Part shown: one piece after another, positions 1 to 12,912 of the stretch | Layout of the letters: every line of letters starts with the position of its first letter | Position numbering within the stretch: the stretch's first letter is position 1 | The notes under the pieces: generated by a model | Told to the model about the DNA's origin: nothing | Seen by the model: only the letters and a program-made list of their open reading frames with translations | Databases searched by the model: none | DNA from: Cetorhinus maximus | Taxonomy: Eukaryota | Reading direction: 5' to 3' | Assembly (NCBI RefSeq): GCF_964194155.1 | Contig: NC_135899.1 | Span: 79,918,001 to 79,982,000 of the forward strand | Length of the DNA stretch: 64,000 bases | Program-made: the position numbers and the translations under genes

Positions 1-969
1 AAGGCTGAGAAGGGAGCCATTCGGCCCATCTTATCTATGCCAACTATTTGTTGGAGCACTGTTAATTGTTGCAACTTTTATACTTCTGTGCTAGAGAGAA
101 ATATTTAAACTGACCTCTTATTTAGTGGTAAAGAGGGAATTCTATATAATTCTGAAAGCTGTTTTTTCTGATCCATAAATTGCTCAGGTACAATTTTACA
201 AGTAATCACTGAAATCTGGCTGATCTCAATCTGAACGTTTATTTGCAGCATAGGTCATCTACTTGTTCACGTACTTAATAACCACACATTTCATAGGCAG
301 GTGTTAACTGTGCAAAGTAAGAAATAGTTTATCAGAAGCTGCTGTGCAGAGATATGTATCAAGCTGTGAGAATCCATTTACTGACCCCATCTGCCATTAA
401 AAAGTACTTATAGAATTAGCTCCTAGTCAGTTTTAGTTGTGTGGGGGCTTTACAAGTAGTTTAATTTATAATCAACTAAAACTACAAGACGCAATATTTA
501 AAAATTCTTAATTACCTAATGCATTCTGATTTTTTTTTAAGTTAGTGAAATTCACAGATACATGAAATGATTTGCCTGAACTTAGAAGAAAACACTTTGG
601 ATACCAGCCATGTAAAGGGGGAAAACAAGTTATCAGGCTGCCAGATGACAAACATTTAAATGCAAAAACACACCTTATTAGAAGTTAATTAAAATTTAGA
701 GACTTTTCAAACAGGATTAGAATATTAAAAATCAGGAGACTTCGGTATTTTGTCAGGAAAGTAATTGGAAAAATAAGTGAAGCTGATCAGACTTGGTAAT
801 GTTTAACAAGAAGAGAGAGAAAAATGTACTCTGCTGTTTCAAAAGATGTCATTATCGTACTTCAGAAATTGTGCCATTAACTATCCCAGACTGGCATAGT
901 GAGGCGTTTGCCATTAGCAAGACAATGCTTACAGTGACAGGGTTAGTTTAAAGTACAGCAAAGTGAAAT

Positions 970-1930
970 TGAGTATACAGCACAGAAACAGGCCATTCAG
1001 ACCAAATGTCTATGATGTTATTTGTGGTTGACAAGTCTCCTCAGACCCAACTTCATATAACCCTATCAACATACCCTTCTATTCCTTCTTTCTCACTCTA
1101 CTATTCCCCTCAACTACTCTTTGTGCTAACACACTCCCCATTTCAATTATTCTCTAGGTAAAGAAGTTTATCCTGAATTTCTTATTGGGATTATTAAAGA
1201 CAATCTTAATGACCAGTAGCTTTGATCTCCCCAAGTGAAAATATTTTCACCACATCTACTCTATGTAAACCTTTCATTATCTTAAAGACCGCTATCAGGT
1301 CAACCCCTCAACCTTCTCGTTTCTTCAGAAAGGAGTCCTCGTTAGTTCAGACTTTTGGGATAGTTATAACATCTCAGTTCTGGTATCATCCATACACCAT
1401 CTTTTGCACCTTCTCCAATGTCTCTATAACCCTTATAATATGGATAGAACTGTGCACAGTACTCCAAGAGTGAAGTGTGGCCTCACCAAGATTCCATACA
1501 AGCTTAACATTAACTTCTCTGTTTTTCAATACTATCCCTTTAGAAATACACCCTAGTGCTTGGTTGCTTCTTTTTGTATAACTTTATTAACATGCATCAT
1601 TAATTTCAATGATTCGTGCATATGTAACCACAGATCCCTCTGTTCAACTATCCTACTTAGATTCTTTTTATTCAGGTCGTCTGTGACCTGCTTATTCTTC
1701 CTACCAAAATGCAGCACCTCATACTTACCAATCATGAAATTCATTTGCCAAGTACACATCCATTCTGCTAATTTATATAGTCTTAGATTTGTTGCAATCT
1801 TCTACTTTATTAACTCCACAAATTTTATTTCCAACTTCCAAGTCCAAACCGTTAAGGTACATTATAAACAACATATAAACAGTATCAATCCCTGTGCACC
1901 ACTACTTCCCATCTTTTGCTGTCTAACTAC
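970..1930 (-). mobile_element. CR1 LINE 3' fragment (degenerate RT C-terminus and 3' UTR)
   Basis: Minus ORF 1553..1759 reads WQMNFMIGKYEVLHFGRKN...EQRDLWLHMHESLK (CR1 RT 'WQMxFNxxKCxVLHFG...ERDLGV'). The reverse complement of the CR1 3' end 'ctgaatggcctgtttctgtgctgtata' is at ~974-1000. Confidence 0.85.
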
Positions 1931-2103
1931 TCATGACCACTACTTACGTTTTCCTGTTTTGTAGCCACTCAGCTATTCATTCTGCCACCTGTGCACTGAA
2001 TTTACAAGTTTTGACCGTAATCATAAATCAATGTGGTTTCCTTATCAAAGGCCTTTTCAAAGTCCAAATACATTACATTTACCTCTTTATCATTGTCTGT
2101 TGC

Positions 2104-3225
2104 TTTATTCTTTCACGGGATGTGGGCATCGCTGGCTAGGCCAGCATTAATTGCCCATTCCTATTTTCCCTTGAGGTGGTGGTGGTGAGCTGCCTCCTTG
2201 AACTGTTGCAGTCCATGTGGTGTAGGTACACGCACAGTGCTGTTAGGAAGGGAGTTCCAGGATTTTGACCCCGCAACTGTGAATGAACAGCGATACAGTT
2301 CCAAGTCAGCATGATGTGTGGCTTGGAGGGGAGCATGCAGGACATGGTGTTCCCATGCATTTGCTGCCCTCGACGTTCTAGGTGGTAGAGTTCACAGGTT
2401 TCGAAGGTGAAGACAATAGGAGCCCTGCTGAGTTGCTTCAGTGCATCAGTAGATGATACACAATGCTGCCACTGTGCATCGGTGGTGGAGGAGTGAATGT
2501 TTGTGGGTGGGGTGCCAATCAAGTGGCCTGCTATGTTCTGGATGGTGTCAAACTTCTTGAATGTTGTTGGAGCTGCACTCATCCAGGCAAGCGGAGAGTA
2601 TTCCATTACACTTCTGACTTGTGCCTTGTAGATGGTGGAAAGGCTTTGGGGAGTTATGCGAGTTACTCGCCGCAGAATTCCCACCCTCTGCCCTGCTCTT
2701 GTAGCCACAGTATTTATATGGCTGGTCCAGTTCAGTTTCTGGTAAATGGTAAACCCAGGATGTTGATAGTGGAGAATTCAGCGATAGTATTGCCATTGAA
2801 TGACAAGGGAGATGGTTGGATTCTCTCTTGCTGGAGATATTCATTGCCTGACACTTGTGTGGTACGAATGTTACTTGCCACTTGTCAGCTCAAGCCTGGA
2901 TATTGTCCAGGTCTTGATGCTTATGGGCACGCACTGAGGAATCGCAAATGGTGCTGAATATTGTGCACTCATCTGTGAACATCCTCACTTCTGACCTTAT
3001 GATGGAAGGAAGGTCATTGATGAAGTAGCTGAAGATGGTTGGGCCAAGGACACTACCCTGAGGTACTCCTGCAGTGATGTCCTGGGGCTGAGATGATTGA
3101 CCTCTAACAATCACAACCATCTTCCTTTGTGCTAGGTACAACTCCAACCAGTGGAGAGTCCCTCCCCACCACCACGATTCCCACTGATTCCAGTTTTGCT
3201 AGGGTTCCTTGATGCCACACTCGGT
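2104..3225 (-). mobile_element. CR1-group LINE (family A), RT 3' half plus 3' tail
   Basis: ORFs 2890..3147 (ITAGVPQGSVLGPTIFSYFINDLP...MFTDECT) and 2136..2708 (LSTIYKAQVRSVMEYSPLAWMSAAPTT). Tail on the minus strand: 'atgctggcctagccagcgatgcccacatcccgtgaaagaataaa'. Confidence 0.85.
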
Positions 3226-3840
3226 GTATCATCTACAAGAAGCACTGCAGGAATTCACCAAGGCTCCTTAGACAGTACCTTCCAAACCCACAACCACTAC
3301 CACCTAGAAGGACAAGGGCAGCAGATAGATGGGAGCACCACCGCCTGGAAGTTCCCCTGCAAGTCACTCACCATCCTGACTTGGAAATATATCGCCGTTC
3401 CTTCAGTGTCGCTGGGTCAAAATCCTAGAACTCCCTTCCTAACAGCACTGTGGGTGTACCTAAACTGCATGGACTGCAGTGGTTCAAGAAGAAGCTAGCT
3501 GCACCCTTAACCAAGCTGTCCCAGTACAGCTACAACAGTGGCTTCTACCCAGCAATGTGGAAAATTGCCCAGGTATTTCCTGTCCACAAAAAGTAGGCCA
3601 AATTCAACCCAGCCAATTACCACCCCCATCAGTCTACTTTTGATCATGATGTAAGGTGACATTGACAGCGCTATCAAGTGGCATTTACTCAGCAACAAAC
3701 TGCTCACTGACGCTTAGTTTGGGTTCCGCCAGAGCCACTCGGCTCCTGACCTCATTATGGCCTTGGTCCAAACATGGACCAAAGAGCTGAACTCTAGAGG
3801 TGAGTTAAGAGTGACTGCCCTTGACATCGAGGCAGCATTT
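3226..3840 (+). mobile_element. Inverted pieces of the same family A LINE (3' segment 3226-3497; RT N-terminal segment 3505-3840)
   Basis: 3226-3497 is the reverse complement of ~2190-2460. 3505-3840 encodes MWKIAQVFPVHKK*AKFNPANYHPISLL...LDIEAAF. Confidence 0.8.
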
Positions 3841-3984
3841 TTTTTATTCATTCATGGGATGTGGGCTTCGCTGGCTGGGCCAGCATTTATTGCCCATCCC
3901 TAGCTGCCTCTATTTGGAGCAAGTCATAACACAAATCAGGGAAACACTAGAGTAATACTTTCCAGTGATCAAAACACCATAATA

Positions 3985-4220
3985 TGCACTAACATAGCAT
4001 CTTTAATGTTAAAAAAAATAGTCCCAAGACATTTCACAGATTAATCAAGACAAAAATGGACCCGCAAAGGAGGAGATATTGCGAGGGGTAGGCCAATAGA
4101 TTGGATAAAAGGTCAATTTTAAGGACGGCATGAAGGATAAGATGGGCGAAGAAGGGTTGTTCGGAAGTATGTTTCAGCAAGCATGGCTAGAAAGCTGAAG
4201 GTTCAGCCTTCCAATGGAAG
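3985..4220 (-). mobile_element. Old L2 LINE 3' fragment
   Basis: Degenerate match to the L2 3' end seen at 11545-11800 and 49020-49280. Confidence 0.45.
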
Positions 4221-5941
4221 GTAAAGATAGTTAGATTATTTGGGCTCACTTGTCTTTTCCTAAAACTTGTTTACTCTTCATATTCTTAGCTCAATCATTC
4301 AGCTGTTAGATTTTGCAATGCCCTGGTGCTTTGCGCTACCACTTCTCCTGGATGCTCACAACTACAAAAAAGCTTGACAATCACAAAGAATGAAGCCCCA
4401 CCATTTCTGCAAAAGTGAAGGCATCATGTTTCCAAATTCACTGCCCAGCTCTTGGCTAACACAAATAAAAGGCAGCAATAGTCCTCATACAGGCTAATTT
4501 AGTGTTTCAACATGAGGGGGAAAATTATTACATTTGTACTTTTGTATTTTAGTGTTGTGCAATGGATTTAAGTGTGAAACCACCCGAATTTAACCGAAAT
4601 AACTCAATATGTTATCTCCAGACAACTCAAACTTGTGAGGACATCAATTCACAATTGCACTGCCAGTGTTTTTCACTGTTCCAAGTCAGCAGTACTAACA
4701 CTGCATGCGCCCGCCATCACATTTTACTGAAATCCTAGCAACACTACATACATTCAAACATCCTGTGTCTGCCGTTGTATAGTGGATAAAGAGCTTCCAC
4801 AGGTCGATTATCTAGTCTACAAATTAACACTGCTTCCTTTCTGTGACACTGCTCATCTCCTAAAGATACCAGTAACTTTGACAAGCTGCAACTAGATAAG
4901 CATCAGCAAATCTACAGGAAATTCATTTCTTTGTGGAGTTTTAAATCAGCTTTCTTAGACCAACAAGGGGAGTCACCTTTGCCCTCCAGTGGATTAAGCC
5001 ATTGCCTTTTCTCCTAAGAGAGGATTATATAGACACCATTACATCAGATACAATGTGCATTGAAAGTTCACATCCACTTCTATAGATCAAACAGATTTTC
5101 AGGAACTTAGTCAAAAAACTCAGTATACCATGAAGTGTTCTTGTGAAGCTCGTACATCCCATTTGCTGTACCTTATGCCGAGCCGGGTCCAACTGTGGGA
5201 AGGAAGGTTCCAACACACTATTTATAAATCATTTTAAATTGAGGGCACACTGCCTAAAAACTAAAACCTCACAGCTGTGCACTGCTTGAATTGTTGCCAA
5301 GTAAATTTTTCATCAGTCTTGGCAATGAATGAATGACACTCAGTAAAAGACAGGAGGGTTTGTGATGGTGTGACGTCAAGGCGGGGGTGGGGAAGCACAT
5401 TGCACGCTGGCTCCAAGTGGAGCCTCTGGTTCACTCACACCCTTACGCTGCCTGCCTCTCATGAATGCAAGGAAGAAATCCCTTTCTCTTTCTTGTGGCA
5501 TTTTCCATTTAATAGCACATGGCTAATCTACATACACCAAGGCCACACCACTTCTTGTCTGAAGGGTTAGTATCAGGGGCTGCCTGCCTAGGAGGATTTG
5601 GATTCCTGCCTGATGACTGATAATGACGAGTCAACAGATGGCTTGGGGTTGCTAATAAACAACGGCAGTCATGTGATTTGCCACATGGCAAAGGAAGCCA
5701 AGCCGATTGTTAAGACACCAGCTTCTGTTAAATCAGCACTGCCTGCTATCCATGGCTGCTAACCAGGCTGTCTGTACAGACAGACCATAAAGCTGTACAT
5801 GAAGCAGACTGGCGTCCGCTTGAGATCAGCCCAGCTTGACACACACATTGGTCCACAATTTTAAACCAGATATGCGTGCAACATGTATGACAACACACCA
5901 AAGACCAAGACCTCATGGTCCTAAACCAGGCAGATTACATA

Positions 5942-7950
5942 CTGCAGATTATGGCGTATAAGTTGACCCAGCACATAAGACGACCCCATTTGTTTAGTGC
6001 CAAAAATCATGTATTGCATATACTTAGCATATAAGTCGACCCTCTCTTTCCAGATATTCGCATTGTAGTCGGCTTCAATTTTTCACCCAAGAAATGCATG
6101 TTTTAATTACCTTATACTGTTTGGAGGCGCATGGAATCAAGCAGGTGTTGCGAAGATGATGCACGGGAGTTTAAGGCACGTCCACACAAAGCAGAAGGCA
6201 CATGGCATGGTGAATGATGAACAGAAAGAGTCCTCCAGCAAAGCAAATGAAGTACAAAGCTGCTTTCAAGCTAAAAGTCATAACATTTGCTAACTCATCA
6301 AATAACTGCTGCAGGAAGGGAATTAGGTGTTAGTGGAAAAACTGGTGAGAGAACGGAAGAAGGAACCCACTCTAAAGAAGATGCCAGAGACTTAGTGCAC
6401 CTTCAGAACTGGGGCCAGTCACTGGTCTGATCTTAAGAAGCATGCATTAGAAGGTGTCTTCAAAAATCATCAAAAGGTTACGCCATCACCAGGAATGCAA
6501 TACATATATGTGCACCTAAGTGGGCTAAATTGAACCAAGTCCAGCAATGATTTCACACCAATAAGTAGCTGGCATAGCTGTTTTATGGAACAAAATAGTT
6601 GTGTTGCGGCAGAAGACCAAGATTGCTCAGATACTAACAAAATACTTCGATGTCAAAATGACCAGTTTCCAACGACTCATCATCGGACAGTCACAAAACC
6701 AAGTGTACCTATTAAGTCACATCAGAAACACAGATGAAAAATCCATGAATTTTGATATGCCCAGCTGCCACTATGTGGAGTGGCAAGGTTCAAAAACAGT
6801 AGGACATGAAAAGACAAGATCTATATAGGTGATACCAACCTGCCGGCAGAACAAAATTAAAGCCTATGGTAATTTTCAAACATAAAACCATGTTTAACAT
6901 CAAGTTCCCTGCCGTGTTTTTGTGCAAATCCACGAAAACGGATGGATAAGGATAGATTGAAGTTATGGATCGATAATGTGTTGAATAGGCAAGCCCAGTG
7001 GCCTACATACCAGCTTATTGGTGTGGGACATGTTCAGATCTCATACAACCGATGAGATCAAGAGGTGTCCGCAAACAAATAACATTCGCACTGCAGTTAT
7101 ACCAGGGGGTCTTACGTCATTTGGTTGCGTGCCTCAACAAGCCACCAAGGATCATGCTCGCACTGAATGGCATAGATGGCTGACAGAGAAAAAGCCTTCG
7201 CAAAGATTGAAAATAAGCATAAAAGCAAAATATTGCAGATGGGGGAAATCAAACATAAACAGAAAATGCTGGAAAAACTCAGCAGGTCTAACCGCATCTG
7301 TGGAGAGAAAAACAGAGTTAACATTTCGAGTCCATATGACTACTTCTTCAGAGCCATACAGACTCGAAACATTAACTCTGTTTTTCTCTCCACAGATGCT
7401 GTTTGACCTACTGAGTTTTTCCAGCATTTTCTGTTTTTGTGATGGAAATAAGCATGCTGCCCCGCTTGATGTTTTGTGTGGTTTCATTATCAAATTGTAG
7501 GATGCTATTGTGCACCAAGTGTCATTAGATTGTTCAAAAAAGCGTAAAATATCCAATTCAATGGATGGAGAGGAGGGTGATTTGTTGTAGAGGGATGATT
7601 CTGAAAGCAAAAGCACCAATCTGATCCAGAGTGGGATCCTTACAATGATGCCATAGTTGAGGTAACTCAAAATAAACTTGATAAAGTCTTTGCATTAGAT
7701 GCCAAACAGAATGAATTTTACAGTATTAGAACACTTTGATTGTGATTAGTGGTATTTTTGCACAATTAATTCACCCAATAAACCACGCCACATTGATATG
7801 AATTGCCAGTGTTGTGTTTTTTCTCCGCATTTCAAAACAACACCCAACCACACTGGCAGTTCACATTTTATACTCACCATAAAAATCAAACTCCATTTTT
7901 GGAAGGATTTTTAAAGGCTCCAATGGTCAACTTATATACCCTGATCTAAT
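5942..7950 (+). mobile_element. pogo-superfamily (POGK-like) DNA transposon fossil with disrupted transposase
   Basis: The left TIR 'cagattatggcgtataagttgacc' (5945-5968) follows TA+ctg. The right end 'ggtcaacttatataccctgatcta' (7925-7948) is its imperfect reverse complement. Peptides: KYKAAFKLKVITFANSSNN (Brinker-type DBD), LRQKTKIAQ..NTDEKSMNFDMP..GHEKTR, VWDMFRSHTTDEIK..AVIPGGLTS (DDE_1), ISNSMDGEEGDLL. Confidence 0.85.
7221..7440. mobile_element. Palindromic Penelope-like terminal element inserted in the pogo transposase
   Basis: Inverted arms of ~80 bp (7257-7340 and 7353-7436). Flanked by the near-direct repeat gattgaaaataagcat (7205-7220) / gatggaaataagcat (7441-7455). Same sequence family as 12814-12912 and 14313-14510. 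Confidence 0.75.
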
Positions 7951-8269
7951 AATCTACAATCCAAATTATCTACCCAAAATATTAATAAAGTTTGCTCATG
8001 CCAGATAAACTGGATGTACTCTTCAAGCCTGGTCTCAGTATTCCTCCATCAGCTCATACCAAGGCCATGGGGCAAATCCCAAAGCTGCACCCTTACTTAC
8101 CCAAAATCCTTCCACACAATAGAATACCTGTCCCCGTCGTGCAACCCACCCTCATTAAACACTGTGGCCAAATTTCACACCTCAACAAAATTACTGCACC
8201 CATCAACCCCCACAACACCCCAGAAGATTATTACAGCCCTCCCCTACATACAATCCCGAAAGAAATGAC

Positions 8270-9230
8270 TACCGGTGTCCCACAGGATCCGCGCTTAGGG
8301 CTGTTCACTATATTTAATAATGACTTAGATAACATAATAGAGTGTCACATATTCAATTTTGTCAATGACACAAAGATCGGTGACATTGTAAACAGTGTCA
8401 ATGGGAGCATAAAATTAGAGACACACTGATAGGTTGAGTGAGTGAGCAATAAGATTCAGATGGATTTCAATGCAGCCAAGTGAGAGTTCATCTATTTTGG
8501 ACCAAAAAATGATAGATCAGAGCATTCTTTAAATGGCAAAAAGCTAGAGACAGTGGCGCTCTAAAGAGATTCAGGGGTCCACGTACATGGATCACTAAAA
8601 TAACACGGACCGGCACAAAAAATAAAACAGCTAAAAGGAATATTAGTTTTATATCTGGGGCCAAAATATAAAAGGGGAGGGAGGTTTTGCTACAGCTGTA
8701 CAAAGTCTTTAGGCCAGTGTTGTGTACCGTTGATTCCCACACCATTCAAAATTATATTGGCCTTGGAGCACACCACAGTTTCAGAATGTACTAAAGCTCC
8801 AAGGGTAAATCATGAGGAGAGATGACATAAACTAGACTTGTCTGAAATATAGATTATAACGGGTGATTTGATGGAAGGTTTAGGATTTTTGAAAGGAATG
8901 GATAATATAGATAGAGAACCTGTTTCTTCTGGGGGCAGATATAGCATTAGGGCAAACAATTAAAACATCAGAGCCAGGTGATTCAGGAGCAAAGTTAGGA
9001 AACACTTTGCACAAAGGTGGAGAGGAGTGTGGCACTCCGCCCACAAAAACAAGTAGGTGCTTGTTCAATTAATAATCTTAAATCTGAGATTGATTGATTA
9101 TTGTTAGCCAAAGATATAAAGGAATATGGAGCCATGGTGGGCGCCTGAAGCGAGAATGCAGATCAGCTATGGTCACACTGAATGGCAAAACGGGCTTGAG
9201 GGGTTGAATGGTCTACTCACATTCCTATCC
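8270..9230 (+). mobile_element. CR1 LINE 3' fragment
   Basis: TTGVPQDPRLGLFTIFNNDLD...FVNDTKIG (RT core) in ORF 7992..8429. CR1-type 3' end 'gaggggttgaatggtctactcacattcctat' at ~9200-9228. Confidence 0.85.
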
Positions 9231-10854
9231 CAAAGTCACAGCTAGTAAGAGAACTATTGTATCCATATAATATAGGCGCCCCAACAACCATTACAATGGT
9301 TCCCAAACACACCCCCAACAACCATTACATCCATCACACAAATACAACTGCCAGATTACTCTCACCTCCCACCCATACATCACACCCTCCGCCCCGTGTT
9401 ATGACCCCACATCACGTCCCCCCACACTCGTAACCTCCCTCCAATCTGTCAGCTTAGTCCATTTTAAGCACACCATACTGAATGCACTAAATTTCTGCAA
9501 ATCATGATACATTCCATTTTGGCCCCTATCCAGCATCTTCTTGGGATAGTGATGACTCACATTGGGGTTCTTTGTACAGGTATCAGACACCATCCAAGAG
9601 CCTACACAAAAACATATGTAGGCAACAATCATCTACAGACAGTTGTCTATTCAATGGTCAGGGCCCAATTCTGGCATCATCAAAACATTCGATTGACAAA
9701 AACTACTGAAATACATCCCAGCTGAGAGTGCACCACTCATTTATTAGAGAACAGCAGACAGTGGCCAACTCAAATGAATATTACCAACTGGATAATATGC
9801 AGCAGTTGGAACCCTGGCTGATTGTCCTTCTTTAACCCAGGGACACTGGGGAGGAGTAGCAAACCTACTGTCGCTTCGTGGGTGACTAGGATCTGGTGTA
9901 AGATAGGTGAGCATAAGTTCATGGAGGGTGAGGATAGGTTCCCAGGAATAGAAGAATATTTACACGAGCACAGATACAACTTTCTTATTTGATTTCCATT
10001 TTGCAGTTCACTTTTGGAAAGGAAATACAAGTGAAATCCCATAATTAAAAACTGTCATTTTCAGATCATTCAATGGTAAACTCAGTTCAAAAATGTCTCA
10101 AACTAGTGCGCTGAACTCCAACATTTGACAATCACATCACCAAAAAACAAGTCTAGATGCAGAAGTGACAGAGATGGGTAAAAGGAGCAAAAAGAAACAA
10201 AAGCAGACTCTACAGAAGACAGTCTCATTAAACAAAGAGAGTGCTCACAAAAACAAAATTCTATTACTGCAGCTTGCTCAAACTAATAAAATAATTTCAG
10301 ATCGAGTGCACATACTGCCATTGCAGTACTCTGCTATCGTATAGTACATTGTCCAGTCTGAAAGCATTGCACATGTTGCTGTATGTAAATGAGAAGCCCA
10401 AATGAGGAAATGGACAGAGGAGTGTGATACTGAAAGCTGTGCAGCATCACGTTCTGCCAGAAGTACATTCTGTAAATACACAGGGTTCTAGCGATGTAGC
10501 ACACTGATCTCATCGAAGCGTGAATCATTACTGTATTACTTCCTTCTCAATGTCGACTTGTTGAATCAAGAACTAACTCCTTTAAAAAAATGGTCAAGGT
10601 GGACTGGAAGGTTTCCTCACAGAACAGTGAGCTAGTCAAAGGAAAAAGAATTTAATCATGCTTTTACTAGACACCAGGATCCTCCACCTCATTCTTTATT
10701 GACAAAAAGATAGCATCCAAACTAGAGTCAGATATTTGGAGATTTTTAGGGCCGCACAATTTTCTTCCCTTTATAAATCTGCCTTACCCAGCCACGTTCT
10801 TAGTGCCACATGGATTCGGCTCTACGACAATTGTAAAAACTTCTGCATTTAAAC

Positions 10855-11310
10855 AAAAGGACCATGTCATTTTACAGCAGAATCCATTCAGCTCAGTCCT
10901 GTGTCTGATCTCTGAAAGAGCTATCCACTTAGGCTCATACCAGTTTACATTTTTTTCAAATATTCCTTTTGAAAGGAATTATGGATTCTGCTTCTGGTCA
11001 GGAGATCCACATCCCAACAACTTTCTCTGTAAAACAGAAAGTCTTTTAATCTTACATTTCATTCATTTGATGCTGATCTTTAATTTACGGCCCCCAGTTA
11101 CCAATTCACCCAGCAGCGGAAACAATTTTTCCAATTTGCCTCAACCAAACCTTATTTAATTTCACTCTAACAGATTGCTTAACACATTTTTCCACCTAAT
11201 GAAAACAGCCCCATTTTCTCTAGCCTCACCTTGTAACTAAAGCATCTCATCACTGTTATGTTGTTAATGAATCCCTGTCCCCTCTGTGGCCTTCCACCTT
11301 TCATAAAGTC
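10855..11310 (-). mobile_element. Old CR1 3' fragment
   Basis: Degenerate 'cagcagaatccattcagctc...cttttgaaagg' pattern shared with other minus-strand CR1 tails. Confidence 0.5.
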
Positions 11311-11544
11311 AGCCGCCCAACAAAATTATATCAAAAAATTGATGCTCATATAATAATTTAGCTAATTATTCAGAACAGCTTTCAAGCATGTAACATCCAG
11401 GAAACATTTTCAAGATGGCAGCTACTGCTCGAGAAGAAACAAAGCAACACATTACACGCATAGTAATATAATTCACTAATTTTCCCAATTTCCCTAAAAG
11501 TTCTTTAGTCAGAGTATTTGAAGTTTAAATTTGTACAAAAGCAA

Positions 11545-12745
11545 CATACAACAACTGATATTTATACTGCACCTTAAATTTGATAAAAAGTCCTGTGCTT
11601 CACGGGTGCATTATAAAGTAAAATGATTAAACGCTGAGCCACATAAAGCGATCTTAGGCCAGAAGGCCCAAAGTTTGGTCAGTGAGGTAGGTTTTAAGGA
11701 GCATCTTAAAGGAAGAATGAGAGGTTGAGAGTTAAAGCAGTTTAGAGAGGGAATTCCAAAGCTTAGGGCCTAGGCAATTGAAGGCATGGCCGCCAAAGGT
11801 GGACCAATTAAAATCAGGGATACTCAAAAGGCCAGGATTATAGAAGCACAGATATCTCAGGAAGCTGTGGGGCTGGAGAAGATTAGAGGTAGTGAGGGGT
11901 GAGGCCATGGAGGAACTTGAAAATAAGGATGAGAATTTTAAAATCAAGGAGTTACTTGACCAGGAGCCAATGTAAGTTAGCGAGCATAGTGGCAACAGGT
12001 GAATGGGACTTGGCGTGAGTGAGGACACAAGAAGCAGAGTTATGAATGACCTCAAATTTGCAGAAAGTAGAAGATGGGAGGCCAGCTGGGAGTGCACTGG
12101 AATACTCATGTCTGGAGGTAAAAAGCATGAATGAGGGTTTCAGCAGCAGTTGAGCTGAGGCGGGACAAAATCAGGCAGTGTTACAAAGGTGGAAGTAGGC
12201 TGTATTAGTGATGGTATAGATGTATAATCGTAAACTCATCATGGAGTGAAATATAACACCAAGTTTGCGAACAATCTGGTTTAATCTCAGGTAGCTGCGA
12301 AGTACAGGGATAAAGTCAGTAATTAGGGAACAGAGTTTAGAGAAGAGACTGAAGGCAGTGGCTTCAGTCTTCCCAATATTTAACTGGAGGAAATTTCTGT
12401 TCATTAGTACTAGATGTCAGATAAGCAGTCTGATAGTTCAGCAACAGTGAAGCGGTTGAGAGAGAAGGTGATTAGGTAGCTGGGCTTCATCAGCTTGTAT
12501 GTGAAAACTAATGCTATGCTTTTGGATGATTTCACCAAGGGGAAACATGTAGTTGAGCAATGAGAGGGCTCAAGGAGCAGGAAGAGAAGACATTGAAAGT
12601 GGCATTCTGGCTATGATTAGATAGTAAGGATGGAATCAAGTGCGTACAGTCCAACTCAGCTGGACAACATGTGAGAGGTATTGGAGGAGGAAGGCGTGAT
12701 CAATCATGTCAAAGGCAAGGAATGTTAGTTTACCTTTGTCACAAT
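11545..12745 (-). mobile_element. L2 LINE 3' fragment
   Basis: ORF 12171..12404 MNRNFLQLNIGKTE...LGVIF...AYFHL and ORF 11732..12109 ...GGHAFNCLGPKLWNSL, typical of the L2 RT C-terminus. Tail 'gtgcagtataaatatcagttgttgt' on the minus strand. Confidence 0.85.
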
Positions 12746-12813
12746 GTCAGAACCAGCTGTAATGACCAAAGGCTCGTGAATTTATAAATCTGTACAAGAT
12801 CTGATCAGTTCAT

Positions 12814-12912
12814 TCTGAAGTCATACAGACTCAAAACATTAACTCGGTTTCTCTCTCCACAGATGCTGCCAGACCTGCTGAGTTTTTCCAGCATTTTCTG
12901 TTTTCATTTCAG
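12814..12912 (+). mobile_element. Penelope-like terminal repeat fragment
   Basis: 'ctgaagtcatacagactcaaaacattaactcggtttctctctccacagatgctgccagacctgctgagtttttccagcattttctg' matches the arm of the 7221-7440 element. Confidence 0.7.
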
